64,000 nucleotides of DNA from the human T2T-CHM13v2.0 reference genome, Homo sapiens (GCF_009914755.1 NC_060930.1), one strand, 5' to 3'. Shown: positions 45,179 to 62,179, numbered from the stretch's first letter. Notes: generated by a model from the sequence alone, not told the origin. Translations and numbers: made by a program.

Positions 45179-48100
45179 ACTTACGCAGACACACGAAACA
45201 TGAAAGCAATTTCTAATGAAGCATTTAACAATATTTTTCAAGATCTTGAGAAACTACATCTTAGTGCATATACATCTTAGTGCATATATTATACCATAGA
45301 TAGGAGATCTTGGTATCATATAACACATCTGAAATAAAATGGATACACCTTTCTACCTTTTCACTCTATTGCATTAGTGATATGAAGTTTGATTTTCTTT
45401 ATATCAGACCTAAATAAGCAAGTTGTCAACTTTATAGGAAAAAATATATAAATATATAACGTATAAATTTTTTTTAAAAAAGCGTAAGTAGAGGCACAAA
45501 GCAATTACCTATGATTCATTTTTGAGCCTATGGTTTTTAAATTTTAATGTCTAGAGATACTGTTAACAGTTGGAATCTGATCTTGGAGGTGAAATGAAAT
45601 TTTTTTTTCTTATTTTCCCCAAAACTGAAAAGAAATATGACTGTTTACCCGAGTTTCATTCTTAAACCATGTTGGGGTGGCCTTTGGGCTGATTGTCACC
45701 ATTGTTTATATGCTCAGTGATTTCAGTCTGGGGGTGCTTTCAGGGTTTCTGGAGCAGTTTTGAAGCCACAGAAATAATAATTAATTTTTAAAATATCCTG
45801 TCAAAACAACTTTTTCTGACTCAAGCATTTGTTTGAAACAGAACATCAGGAATTTTCTGCACACTACAGAATGTCAGCAAGATGGCAGAATAGAAAGTTT
45901 CAGCCTTCACTCCCACTGCCTCCATGTAAATATCACTAGCAGGTATCCAAAGAACAGAACATCTCTTTGAAAACTCCACTTGGAAACAGGCCCAAGATAC
46001 TTGCATGTCCCATAGTACTGAATGAAAACTGAATTACAAAGGTAAGAAGAGTGGTCTCACTTCAACCACATACACATCCACCCACCAATTTGGCACAATA
46101 CTAGAGAAAGAGGATTTCCATGAGCCCACAGTGTCTACAGGGGGAAAAGGGAGTTGAAGTTATCAAGTTTTTCTAGCTTCCCAACACACTTCTCAGGATG
46201 CTCACTCTGGTCTCACCTCACAGGAAACATTGGGACCAATGACTTAGCTATAATGCCTGGAGTCAGGTAGAAAGAAAGAAGGCAGAGGTCATGGTGACTA
46301 GCACTAAAATCTTGGTGGTAGGTCTGTGTTCCTGCCAGTTACGGTGCTCAGTCAGAGATACCAGCAAACCTTATAGCCCACCTGCAAAACTGATCTGATC
46401 ACCTTTGGAAGCATGGAGGAAGGTTAAACCTAGCCTGAGTCCCTAGATGGTTAGTCTCCATACCCAGTGTCAGAGTCCACAAAAATAACCTTGCCCAGGT
46501 CGAGACACCCACCTCTGCCCATTTCAAAGAACAGAAGCTAGATCTGATTGCCCTGGGCAGTCAAGCAGTAGCTCTACTCAGCCAAAAATCCTGCTCAATG
46601 ACCCCATCCAGACAGGAAGGTGCCTGCCTCTGCCCATTTCAGAGAATCATAGGGACTGGACCTGCTTGACCCAGGAGGTCACAGTGTCTCAACTCAGTGA
46701 AATGTCCATACCATGGCTCCACCCTGACAAGGAGTCAATCCTCAATCATGCATTTCTAAGAAGTATAACCTCTGGTCTTGCCCATCCTCAGCAGAAACTA
46801 TGCCTAACTTCAGAGACCAACTTCAGTCTTGCCTAACTGCAGACCACAAATAGCAAAATTGTTTGGCCAGGGAATGCATTCTGTGATTTATGAGACCACA
46901 AGCCATTGCAGTCCACAGCCAGCAGCTCTGACCAATAGCAGAATCCAGCCAGTGATCTTGCCAGACAGTGGAGGTAAGCCAGCAGCCCACCTGACATCAG
47001 AGGAAAGACGGCAGCCCAGCCAACTAGAGAACTCACAACAAGCTCTCCTTGTCTGGATTTATTATCACCTCACCGGCCCTTCAAGAATCACAAGCTAGAT
47101 TAAATATCAAAGATCTATCCCTGTCAAAGAACACAAGTAATGGCCAGAAGAGGGGGCTGTTTCCTTAAAAATGTAGAGAATAATGCAAGGACACAAGGAT
47201 TACAAAAAATTAGAGAATCATAATACATCCAATAGAAACCAATAAAGCTCCAGTAATGCACCCTAAGGAAATAAATAATAGTTGAAATCTAAAAAATAGA
47301 ATAAAATTACAGTATTTGCTACTCAAAAAAAGAAGGAAAAAGAAATGGAGATCTATGAAATGACTGATAAAGAATTCAGATTAATCTCAAAGCATTTCAG
47401 TTACTTCAAAGAATACATGGATAGTAAATTAAATAAAATCTGGAAAATAATACATGAACAAATTAAGAAGTGTGACAAAAATGAAAACAATAAAAAACCA
47501 AATAGAAATCCTAGAGATAAAGAATATCATTACTAAATTTAAAAATTCAATAGAAAGTTTCAACATTAGACTTGATAAAGTGGAAGAAAGAATCAATGAA
47601 CTCAAAGACAGAACATTTGAAATGAAAAACAAAAAGAAGAATGAAAAAGAATAAAGAAATCTTATGGGAATTATGGGATCCCCATCAAAAAGCCAAAACT
47701 TTACATATACAACCTAGCAGAGACTCACCTTACTTTTAAGGATACACATAGATTGAAAGTGAAGGGATTGAAAAAGATGTTCCCTACAAATAAAAACCAA
47801 AAGAGAGCAAGGATAGCTACACTAATATCACACAAAATAGACTTTAAGTCAAAAACTGTGAAAAGAGACAAAGAACTTATGTAATTATAAAGAAGCAATT
47901 AATCAAGAGATATAACAATTGTGAATATATATATATATATATATAGCACCAAACATAGAAGCACCTAAATATATAAAACAAGTATTAAAGAATATGAGGG
48001 GAGAGATAGCTTGCAATACAATAATAATAAGGAACTTCAATATCCCACTTTCAACAATGGGCAGGTCATTCAGACATAAAACCAATGAGACAATACTGGA

Positions 48101-48895
48101 CTTGAACAACACTATAGGCCAAGTGAAACCAACAGACAAATACAAGACATTCCATTCAACAACAGCAGAATATATATTCTTCTCAAGTGCACACACAGAT
48201 AGGTCATATGTTAGATCACAAAATATGCCTTAGCAAATTTAAGGTGGATGAAATAATATCAAGTATCTTTTCCAACTATAATGAATTGAAACTAGAAATC
48301 AATAACAGGAGGAATTTTAGAAAATTTGCAAATACATGGAATTTAAACATGTTCCTGAACAACCAATGGGTCAATAAAGAAATTTAAAAGAAAATTTAAA
48401 AATATCTTTAGATAAATGAAAATGAAAACACAATATACCAAAACTTATGGGATACAACACAATCAGTTCTCAAAGGAAAGTTTACAGCAATAAACACCTA
48501 CATCAAAAATAAACAAAACATCTAAAATAAACAACATTACTCCTCACTGAACTAGAAAAAGAACAAACTAAGCCCAAAGTTAGCAGAAGGAAGGAAATAA
48601 TAAAAATCAGAGTAGATTTTTATTATTAAAATAAAATAAATAAAATAAAGACTAGAAAAAAAAACCATACAAAAGATCAACAAAACTTAAGAGTTAGTGA
48701 TTTTAAATGATAAAATCCACAAGTCTTTAGCTAGAATAAGAAAAAGAGATGATTCAAATAAATAAAGTCAGAAACAAAAGAGGAGCCATTGCAACTAATA
48801 TCACAGAAATACAAAGGATCACAAGAGACTACTATGACCAATTATACAACAAATTGGATAAACTAGAAGAAATTGACAAATTTCTTCACATATAT

Positions 48896-48932
48896 TTAGG
48901 TTAGTGCAAAAGTAATTGCGGTTTTTGCCATT
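48896..48932. mobile_element. Half MADE1 (one Hsmar1-type arm)
   Basis: 'ttaggttagtgcaaaagtaattgcggtttttgccatt' is one 37-bp MADE1 arm next to a TA run; the mirror arm is absent. Confidence 0.88.
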
Positions 48933-50090
48933 GCCATGCAACCTACCAAGACTGAATCATCATGAAGAAATGGACAATCTGAAAAGACCAATAATGGGTA
49001 TTGAGATTTAATAAGTAATCAGTAATGGGTATTGAGATTTAATCAGTAATTAAAAAGTCTCCTATAATAAAAACCTTAAGACCTGATGGTTACCAATCTG
49101 AATTCTACCAAACATTTGAAGAACTAATACCGATCCTTCTGAAACTCTTCAAAAAAATGAAGAGGCAGAAATACTTCTAAACTTTTTACAAGGCCAGCAT
49201 TTTCCTGATAGCAAGGCTGGGCAAGGACATTATAAGAAAAGATTACAGGCTAATATCTTTGATGAACATAGTTGTAAAAATCTTCAACAAAATACTAGCA
49301 AACCAAATTTAACAACACATTAAAAGGATCATTCACCATAATCAAGTGGGATTTATCCTTGTGATGTAAGTATGGTTCAATTTATGCAAATCAATAAAAG
49401 TTATACATCATATTAACAGAATGAAAGACAAAAACATATGATCATCTTATTAGATGCAGAAAAAACATTTGACAAATTCAATATCCTTTCACAATAAAAA
49501 CTCTCACTAAAGTAGGTGTAGAGGGAATGTATTTCAACACAATAGAGGCCATATATGTGAAGCTCACAACTATTATTATACTCAATGGTGAAATTTGAAA
49601 GCCCTTGCTCTGAGATCTGGAACCAGACAAGATGTCCAGCCTTGACACTTTTATTCAACATAGTATTGGAAATCCTTGTCAGAGCAATTAGGCAAGAAGG
49701 AGAAATAAAGGGCACCTAAATAGGAAAAAAAGAATTGAAATTGTCAGTGTTTCCTGATGAGATGATCTTATATGTAATAAACCCTAAAGACTCCACCAAA
49801 AAACAGAACTATCAAACAAATACAGTAAAGTTGCAGGATACAAAATTAACACACATAAATCAGTAGTGTTTCTATATACTAAGAATAAATTATTTCCCCC
49901 AAAATAAAAAATTTCATTTCATAATAGCTATAAAAAATAATACTTATAAATACATTTAGCCAAGGAGATGAAAGACCAGTACACTGAAAACTAGAAAATG
50001 TTGAAGAAAGAAATAGAACACACAAATAAATGGAAAGATATCCTGTGTTCATGAATTGGAAAAATTAATATTGCTTAAATGTTCATATTA

Positions 50091-50621
50091 TATACAGTAA
50101 GATGTGTCTATTTTAAATATAAATAAATCAATAGTTGAGTGGTTGCAAGGCACTGAGGATGAAGAAACAGTGCAGAGATAGGACACAGTGCATTGGTACT
50201 GAACTGAAACTATTCCATATGATAGAATAATAGCAGATACATGTAACTATGCCATTGCTCCAGTCCATAGAATTTACAACACCCAAGTGAATGCTAAGGA
50301 GAGCTATGTGGTCTCATCATGAGAGTGATGTGTCATTGTAGGTTGAATGATTGCAGCGAACGTACCACTCTATGACAGAAAGTTGTTAGTGAAAGGAACT
50401 ATGCATCTAAGGGGGCAGAGGATATGGGGGACCTCTGTTTGTCCTGCCCAATTTTAGCATGAATCTAAAGGTTTTCTACGAATTGAGCTCGATTTTTAAA
50501 ATGGGTATATGAACTTATTTTGTGAGTGTTGATTATACCGGAATTTCCTGTTGTCTGCATGGTACATGCATTGCACGCATGGGCATTAAATTTCTTCTAC
50601 AAGTAAAAAACAAAACAAAAC
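50091..50621 (+). mobile_element. TSD-flanked polyadenylated orphan retrocopy containing an L1MD/MC-like 3'UTR
   Basis: TSD aaatgttcatatta (50077-50090) / aaaagttcatatta (50622-50635); ATTAAA at 50585-50590; A-rich tail from 50605; host ORF2 resumes exactly afterwards. Confidence 0.85.
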
Positions 50622-51623
50622 AAAAGTTCATATTACCCAAATCAATCTACAGATTTAATGCAATTCCCATCGAAATTTCAATAAAATTGAAAATGGAAAA
50701 AAACAATAATATGAAACCACAAAAAACTCTGAATAGCCAAGGCAATCATGAGCAAAAAGAACAAAGCTGGTGGTATCATACTACCTGATTTCAAACTACT
50801 ACAAAGCTATTGTAATTAAAACAGCATGATGCTGGCATAAAAAAAGATACATTGACCAATGGAACAGAATGGAGAGTCCAGAAATGAACCCACACATGTA
50901 TGGTTTTCAACAAAGGTACCAAGAATATGCAATGGAGAAAGGACAGTCACTTCAATAAACGATGTTGGGAAAACTGGATAGCCACAGGCAACAGAATAAA
51001 ATTTGATCCTTATCTCATACCAAATACAAATATCTACTCAAAATGGATTAATGAACTAAATGTAAGAGCAGAAACTACAAAACTACTAGACAAAAACAAA
51101 TTGGAGAAATCACAGAACATTTGCCAAGGTAATAATTTTTTTTATTTGACCCCCAAAGTGCCAATGACATAAACAAAAATAGAGAAATGGGATTACATTA
51201 AACTAAAAAGCTTCTGCACCATAAAGGAAACAACTAACAATGGGAAGAGATGACCTATGTGATGGGAGAAAATACTGGCAAGCCATAAATTTGATAAGGG
51301 GTTAATATTCAAAACATATAATAAACTCAAACAACTCAATAGCAAGAAAACAATCCAATTCAAAAATGGACAAGGGACCTAGATGAACATTTCTCAAAAG
51401 TAGGCATACAAATTGCCAACAGACATATTTTAAAAAGCTCAACATCACTAATCATAAGGGAAATGCAAATTAAGACCAAAATGAATTATCATCTCACACC
51501 TGTCAGAATGGCTATTATCAATAAGATGATAAATAAATGTTGGTGATGATGTGGAGAAAAGTGAATTCTTGTACACTGTTGGTGGGAATGTTAATTAGTA
51601 CAGCCATTATAGAAAACAGCATG

Positions 51624-54600
51624 GGGACAGGGCCAAGATGGCAGACTAAAAGTGGCTCACATATGCTGGTTCTCATGGAGAGGAACAAAAGGGCTAGTGA
51701 ACACTCACCCTGCAGGCTGATCATCTAAGAAACTATGTCAGGATCCATCAAGGCAGCAGGGGAACACAGAGAGCAGAGAGGAGCAAAGCTGGGCACCAGC
51801 CTGCCTGGGCTCCGCATGGAGTCAGGAGAACCTCTCCAACATGGGAAAGGATAAGTCAGTGAGAACCCCCAGAAGGATTCACACTCTCTACAGGGACCTG
51901 TGCAAGATTGGAAATGGTAGAATCTTGCCGGCCCCTCTGCACTCCCCAATCATGCTTCTAGACTGAGACAGATAGCCACTTGGACATTTTGTGGGGGACA
52001 ACTCTCAAGTCCAAGGGGACCTCTATAAGCTTTGAGCTCCGGAGCAGATCAGCCCTGGTGCCATAGCCCCAGTAGAGGCCACAGCTGTACTGCCTAGGAG
52101 CAGAGAGATTGCTCCACTCTCCCTTGCCAGATGGGGCTGGGCACCAGCTTCCAGCCCAGCAGTCCCACTTTCGTGTGAACTCAACTGGAGGGCAGAGCCT
52201 CCTGATGTCCTGGGAAATGCCTGGATGTCAGAGCATGAGGCCGCATTCAAGCCCACCACCAATAACCAGGAAGGCAGTGCTTGCTAGAGCTTCTGGCCCA
52301 GTGCTCCTGCTTCTGTGCGAACTCAGCTAGAGGGTGCAGCTTCCTATTGTCTCAGGAAACACCTAGATGATGGAGCACATGACTCCACCCAATCCTGCCA
52401 CTGGTAGCCAGGTGGGCAATGCCTGCCAGAGCTTCAGGCCCTGTCGTCCTGCTATTGTGGAAAGTCAGCTGGTGAGTGTAGGCTCCTGTTGTCCCAAGAA
52501 GAACCTGGATGGCAGGGAAGGCAACCCCACTCACCCCCACCACTGATAGCCAGGTGGACAGTGCCTGCTAGAGTTTCTGGCCCAGTGGTCCTGCTTCTGT
52601 GGGGACTCAGCCGAAGGATGCAGTCTCCTGTTGTCCCTGGCAACACCCAGATGGCAGGATGCATGACCCCACCCACCCCTGCAACCGATAGCTAGGTAGG
52701 CAATGCCTTATAGAGCTTCTGGGCCAGCAGCCCCACTTCTGTGTGAACTCAGCTAGAGGACACAGCTTCCTGTTCTTGGGAAACACATGGACAGCAGAGT
52801 ACATGACCTTGTCCACACCGGCCACTGGTAACGAGGCAGGCAACCCCTGATAGAGCTTCAGGCCCAGTGGTCCTGCTTCTGTGGAAACTCAGCTGAGGGG
52901 TACAACCTCCTGTTGTCCCAGAAAGCATCCATATGTCAGGACAGGAGTCCCCACCCACCCCTGCCACTGGTAGCCAGGCTAGCCATGTCTGCTAGAGCTT
53001 CTGGTTCAGTGGTTGTAGTTCTGCCTGAATTTGCCAAGGGGCACAGCCTCTTGTTGCCCTGGAAACACCCAGACAGCAGGGTGGGCAACTCATCCACCCC
53101 ACTTCCTGTAGCCTGACAGCCTACACCAGCTAGAGCTTCCAACCAAGCAGTCCTGCTTTTGCCTGAGCTCTGCAGACAAGCACAACCCCATGTTTTCTCA
53201 GGAAGCACACAGACAGCAGATTAGGACTGACCTGGTAAGGATACATCTTGTCTGCCAATTGTGGCCCCTGCCTGAGAGAGCCCTGTGGACCAGAACGCCA
53301 AACAAAAGAAATGCAGGCACAGAGACAATAATCAGAGAGGGTTCCTCTTAGACTCGGGCATAGACTAGAATTGAAGCCAGTCAACTGAATCCACCTTATA
53401 CCATAAGCAAACCCCCAAGGGGCATCAAAGAAGAAAAAAGAGGAAAAACAACCATCCAAAGGACAGCAACTTCAAAGATTGAAGAAACATCAGCCCACAC
53501 AAATGAGAATCAATCAGCACAAGAACTCTGGCAACTTAAAAAGCCAGAGTGCCTTCTTTCCTCCAAACAACCACACTGGTTCCCCAGCATGGGTTCTTAA
53601 ATGGGCTAAAATGACAGAAATAGAATTTAGAATATGGGTAGGAATGAAGGTCATCAAGATTCAGGAGAATGTTGAAACCCAATCCAAGGAAACTAAGAAT
53701 CACAATAAATTAATACAGGAGTCAGTATATGAAATAGCTGTTATAAAAAAGAACCAAGCTGATATGATAGAGCTGAAAAACACACTATAAGAACTGCATA
53801 ATGAAATCACAAGTATTAACAGCAGAATAGACCCAGCTGAGGTAAGAATCTCAGAGCTAGAAGACTGGCTCTCTGAAATAACTCAGAAAAAAATTAAGGA
53901 AAAAGAATAAAAAAGAATGAACAAAATTTCTTAAAAATATAGAATTATGTAAAGACGCCAAATCTACAAATCATTGACATCCCTGAAAGCGAGGGAGAAA
54001 GCAAACAACTAGGAAAACATATTTCAGGATATCACCCATGAAAACTTCCCCAACATCACTACAGAGGCCAACATTCAAATCCGGGAAATACAAATAACCC
54101 CTGCAGGGTACAAAAGAAGACCATCCTCAAGACACATAATCATAAGAATTTCCAAGATCAAAATGAGAGAAAAAAATGTTAAAGGCAGCTAGAAAGAAGG
54201 GGAAGTTCACCTAAAATGGGAAACCCATCAGGCTAATAGTGGATGTTTCAGCAGAAACCTTACAAGCTGGAAGGGATTAAGGAGGGAACTACATTCAGCA
54301 TTCTTAAAAAAAACTATTCCAACTATGAATTTTATATCCAGCCAAACTAAGCTTCATAAGTGAAGGAGAAACAAGATCCTTTTCAGAAAAGCTAATGCTA
54401 AGGGAATTTGTTACCACTAGACCTGCCTTATAAGAGGTCCTCAAAGAAGCTCTAAATATGGAAAGAAAAGACAATTACCAACCACTACAAAAACATACTT
54501 AAGTACACAAACCAATGACACTATGAAGCAACCACACAAACAAGTCTGTATGATAACCAGCCAATAATACAATGACACAATCAGACCCACATGTATCAAT

Positions 54601-55237
54601 ACTTAATTTTAAATGTAAATGAGCTAAGTGCCCAACTTAAAAGGCACAGAGTGGCAAGCTGAATAAAGAAGAAAGATTTAATGGTATACTGTGTTATAGA
54701 CCCATCTCACATGCAATGACACCCATAGACTCAAAATAAACAATGGAGAAAAATTTACCAAGCAAATGGAAAACAGAAAAAAAAAACAGGGGTTGCAATC
54801 CTAATTTCACACAAAACAGACTTTAAACCAACAAAAATCAGAAAAGATAAAGAAGGGCATTATATAATGATAAAGGGTTAAATTCAACAAGAAGACCTAA
54901 CTATCCTAAATATATATGCACCCACCACAGGAGCACCCAGATTTGTAAAGCAAATACTTAGAGACCTACAAAGAGATTTAGATTCCCATGCAATAATAGT
55001 GGAAGACTTCAACACCCCACTGACAGTATTAGACAGATTATTGAGGCAGAAAATTAACAAACATATTTAGGACCTGAACTCAATAAGTGAGCAAATAGGC
55101 TTAATAGACATCTACAGAACTGTACAGTACAGTAAATTACAATACAGTAAATTAAAAAAATTGAAATCATACCAACCACACTTTTGGACCACATTGCAAT
55201 AAACATAGAAATCAATACTAAGAAAATCACTCAAAAC
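51624..55237 (+). mobile_element. 5' half of an L1P3/P4-class LINE-1 (roughly L1PA10-16), interrupted by an ERV
   Basis: 5' 'gggccaagatggcagacta'; ORF1 from ~53503 ('MRINQHKNSGNLKSQSA') to ~54500; ORF2 EN from ~54572. Confidence 0.8.
52146..53230 (+). repeat. ~141-bp tandem array, ~8 diverged units, in the L1 5'UTR
   Basis: 'gagcttc'-type anchor at ~52146, 52287, 52429, 52571, 52713, 52853, 52995 and 53133. Confidence 0.9.
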
Positions 55238-55694
55238 TGTGAACCCAGAAAATCTGAGATAGGTCTCAGTTAATTTAGAAAAGTTATTTTGCCAAAGTTG
55301 AGAATGCACCTGTGACACAGGCTTAGGAAGTCCTGATGATAAGTGCCCAAGGTGGTTGGGGCACAGTTTGGTTTTATATATTTTAGGGAGACATGAGATA
55401 TCAATCAATATATATAAGAAGTACATTGGTTTGATTTGGAAAGGTGAGAAAACTTGAAGCAAAGGCAGGAAGACTCAAAGTGGGAGGGAGCTTCTAGGTC
55501 ACAGAGGTGAGACGCAATGGTTACATTCTTTTGAGTTCCTGATTAGCCTTTCCAAAGGAGGCAATCAGGTATGCATCTATCTCAGTGAGCAGAGGGATAA
55601 CTTTGAATAGAACAGGAGGCAGGTTTGCCTTAAGCAGTTTCCAGCTTGACTTTTCCTCAGTGATTTTGGGGGTTCAAGATATTTTCCTTTCACA
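55238..55694 (-). mobile_element. MER4A-like 3' LTR (ERV1)
   Basis: 'tgtgaacccagaaaatctgagataggtctcagttaatttagaaa...attttcctttcaca'; polypurine tract immediately adjacent on the minus strand (55695-55712). Confidence 0.88.
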
Positions 55695-58154
55695 TTTCCT
55701 CCCCTTTCTTTTTAAATATATTTTGGACAAAGCATTTTACTAGAAAATGAGTCTCTGGTCTCAGGTTTCATCTGATCTCTCATGACTAGGACCGTTTATT
55801 CCTAGATGGGTATGCCCCAAAAGCTCATTTTTAGCGGGTTGTGAAGTCTCATGTTGTATGAAGAGAAAATAGGGTGGAGGAAGAGAGAGAAAAAAACAAC
55901 AAAGAAAACAACAATCCTGGAAAAATTGATATAGGCTACATTACTCTGAAGTCCATACATTAGTAGGCAGGTAGGAAAGTGGTTTATGTATGTAAATAGG
56001 TTGCCATTAGTTTCTTCTGAAGTTTAAGTTTTCTGGCTTCGGTTCACAGGGTTTTAAGAAAGCACAACTTAGTTTTCAGTGACTCCAAATTAGAAAAAAA
56101 TGGAAATAGAAAGGGAAAAAAATTAAAAACATTATTTTGAAGACTTATAGCCAAGAAAAATTAGAATTCAGTCCAAACTGTAGACAATAATATAAATTTA
56201 AAAAAAAATAGGCAAAGCTGGAATCTAAGAACAGGTATATTATCATTTAGAAACATAATTTTTTTCTCTCTTTCCAGTTTCCAATTTTACTAAAGACAAA
56301 TCATGGTAGGACTGGTTTGCTCATCATACTTCGCTTAATTATTTGTATACAGTATAGCAAGAATAATTATCTTTTACATAGGCTTTTAAATTGGCTTTGA
56401 TGAAACTTTGTTCTATAGCAGGAATCTCAGATAAGACTTTTTAAAGCTTAGTCCAGCCATGGATTTGTGCCATCGAATACCTGTAAGTTGGGTGAATTTC
56501 CTCTCCTCTTCAGGTTCCAAGATAAACCTGGGGCTTCTGTGCCTGTCAGAAAAAGACATTCTGTACTTACCACAGGTCAGAAACCCTGTATAGGGACTGA
56601 CCTGTAGTAAGTACAGGGACCCTGTACGCAAAATATGTAGGCCAGTTTTTCCAAGGGCTTTATTGGCCCAATAAGTCAAGTTTGAATCTTCAAAGGAAAG
56701 CCCACCATTCCAGTCAAAGCCTTGGTAAAATAACCAGTTTCTTCAATTGTACTAAATTGTGAAAAGCTGTCAATAGATCAAAAGAAAAATCTTAAGACTC
56801 TGAAAAACAAAACAAAGGATCAGTAAACATTTTAAGCAAAAAGTAAAAAAGATTGGTGCAGTCTATGCAGTTAATTCCTGTTATGCTTGATAGTCATGAT
56901 TGTTTTAGATCTCCATGAGTCCTGAAAGTTTTTCCCCTATTCTGATGTCACAATCTCCAAAGTTATCAGAAACCTGCATTTAAGAGCACCTGTTGGAGTT
57001 TTATAGCTAATTATAAAACCATCTTCTAAAGAGGACCAAAACAAGAGAACAATTGGCCATGGATGAAAAAAAGTTTTAAGGCAGCCATAGTCAAAAGACA
57101 CAATTGACAAATAAATTTGTTACCTCTGTGGCACACAATAATTTTAACATAACAATTATGATTCTTAATGATAATGTACACTAAGTTATATCAGAATTAC
57201 AGGAGTTTCCCATAGCTTTGGAACATATACCAATAATGTATTTATACAAATACAGCCCAAAGAAAACTAAACACCATTTATATTTGACAATGCTTCCTGT
57301 ACAGTTTTTATGTCAAATGAGCCAAATTATGCCAATGTTGGACTTTAAGGAACTTAATGTTTTAAAGATGAAGTAGGTTAGAAAAAGATATAATTTATAA
57401 TTTGATCTGGAAAAGTTTGTCAAATATAAAATGTTTAAAACACTTGATACTACAAAATAGGATTACAGGTCATTGTAAAGTCATTTATTTAACCAAAGTG
57501 ATAATTCAAGGATTTAAAAAAAGCAGAAAACCCTCATTCTTTCAGAGAGGAGACTTAATTTTCTAAACAAGAAGCCCTAATAAAAAACAGTATGAAGCCA
57601 ATTATATTGGTTTTACAAAATTTTGTAAAGAATCTAAAACTTAATCTTGATTATAAAATATAACTTCCATAAGCCCTTTATAATCTTTATAACCTTTATT
57701 AAGGAGTTGGTTAATGCTTCAAGAAAACCTTGTTAATCTGACACAGGGGTCCATGTACTGGTTTTGCATCAGTGTGCTTTTGACACTAACGATTAATTTA
57801 TAGAGAAACTGGAGTTAATTTATTTTTCAAAATCAGCCCTTACAGTCTTACGTGCCAACCTCTCCCCTGATAGTCCCTGGGCATTGAAGAGTTGAATAGA
57901 TTTAATTTCTTGCCCTTTGTCTCAGGAATGCAGTTTATTTATTTATTTTTATTATACTTTAAGTTTTAGGGTACATGTCCACGACGTGCAGGTTTATTAC
58001 ATATGTATACATGTGCCATGTTGGTGTGCTGCACCCATTAACTCATCATTTACATTAGGTGTATCTCCTAATGCTATCCCTCCCCCTTCCCCCCACCCCA
58101 CAACAGGCACCAGTGTGTGATGTTCCCCTTCCCGTGTCCATGTGCTCTCATTGT

Positions 58155-61050
<2,896 letters not shown>

Positions 61051-61095
61051 TTACATCACCATCATCAAAGACCGAAGGTAGATAAAACCACATAG

Positions 61096-62116
61096 ATGGG
61101 GAAAAAACAGAGTAGAAAAACTGGAAACTCTAAAAATCAGAGTGCCTCTCCTCCTCCAAAGGAACACAGCTCCTCACCAGCAATGGAACAAAGCTGAATG
61201 GAGAATGACTTTGACGAGTTGAGAGAAGAGGGCTTCAGATGATCAAACTACTCCAAGCTAAAGGAGGAAGTTTGAACCCATGGCAAAGAAATTAAAAACC
61301 TTGAAAAATATTAGATGAATGGCTAACTAGAATAGCCAATGCAGAAAAGTCCTTAAAGGTCCTCACGGAGCTGAAAACCATGGCATGAGAACTATGCAAC
61401 GAATGCACAAGCTTTAGTAGCTGATTCAATCAACTGGAAGAAAGGGTATCAGTGTTGGAAGATCAAATGAATGAAATGAAGTGAGAAGGGAAGTTTAGAG
61501 AAAAAAGAATAAAAAGAAACAAACAAAGCCTCCAAGAAATATGGGACTATGTGAAAAGATCAAATCTACGTCTGATTGGTGTACCTGAAAGTGACTGGGA
61601 GAATGGAACCAAGTTGGAAAACAGTCTGCAGGATATTATCCAGGAGAACTTCCCCAATCTAGCAAGGCAGGCCAACATTTAAATTCAGGAAATACAGAGA
61701 ACACCACAAAGATACTCCTCGAGAGGAGCAACTCCAAGACACGTAATTGTCAGATTCACCAAAGTTGAAATGAAGGAAAAAATGTTAAGGGCAGCCAGAG
61801 AGAAATGTCAGGTTACCCACAAAGGGAAGCCCATCAGACTAACAGCTCAGCTGATCTCTCAGCAGAAACTCTACAAGCCAGAAGAGAGTGGGGACCAATA
61901 TTCAACATTCTTAAAGAAAAAAATTTTCAACCCAGAATTTCATATCCAGCCAAAGTAAGCTTCATAAGTGAAGGAGAAATAAAATACTTTACAGACAAGC
62001 AAATGCTGAGAGATTTTATCCCCACCAGGCCTGCCCTAAAAGAGCTCCTGAAGGAAGCACTAAACATGGAAAGGAACAACCAGTGCCAGCCACTGCAAAA
62101 ACATGCCAAATTGTAA
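61096..62116 (+). pseudogene. L1 ORF1 in the inverted segment, disrupted
   Basis: ATG GGG AAA AAA CAG at 61096; only short frames survive; C-terminus 'QPLQKHAKL' ends at 62116. Confidence 0.88.
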
Positions 62117-62179
62117 AGTCCATCGAGGTTAGGAAGAAACTGCATCAACTAACGAGCAAAATAACCAGCTAACATCATA

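Larger units (their letters stand above)
45868..51623 (+). mobile_element. Long L1MA/L1M2-class LINE-1 with an ORF1-ORF2 deletion near 47700; 3' end displaced beyond the window
   Basis: 5' 'gcaagatggcagaatag'; ORF1-like 47346-47690; ORF2 EN fragment 47994-48233; RT 'tttcctgatgagatgatc'; C-terminal remnants to ~51620. Confidence 0.82.

Noticed and set aside
52146-53230. Regular array as CRISPR-like
   Set aside because: Whole units are homologous with no unique spacers, there are no cas genes, and the array lies inside a human L1 5'UTR.
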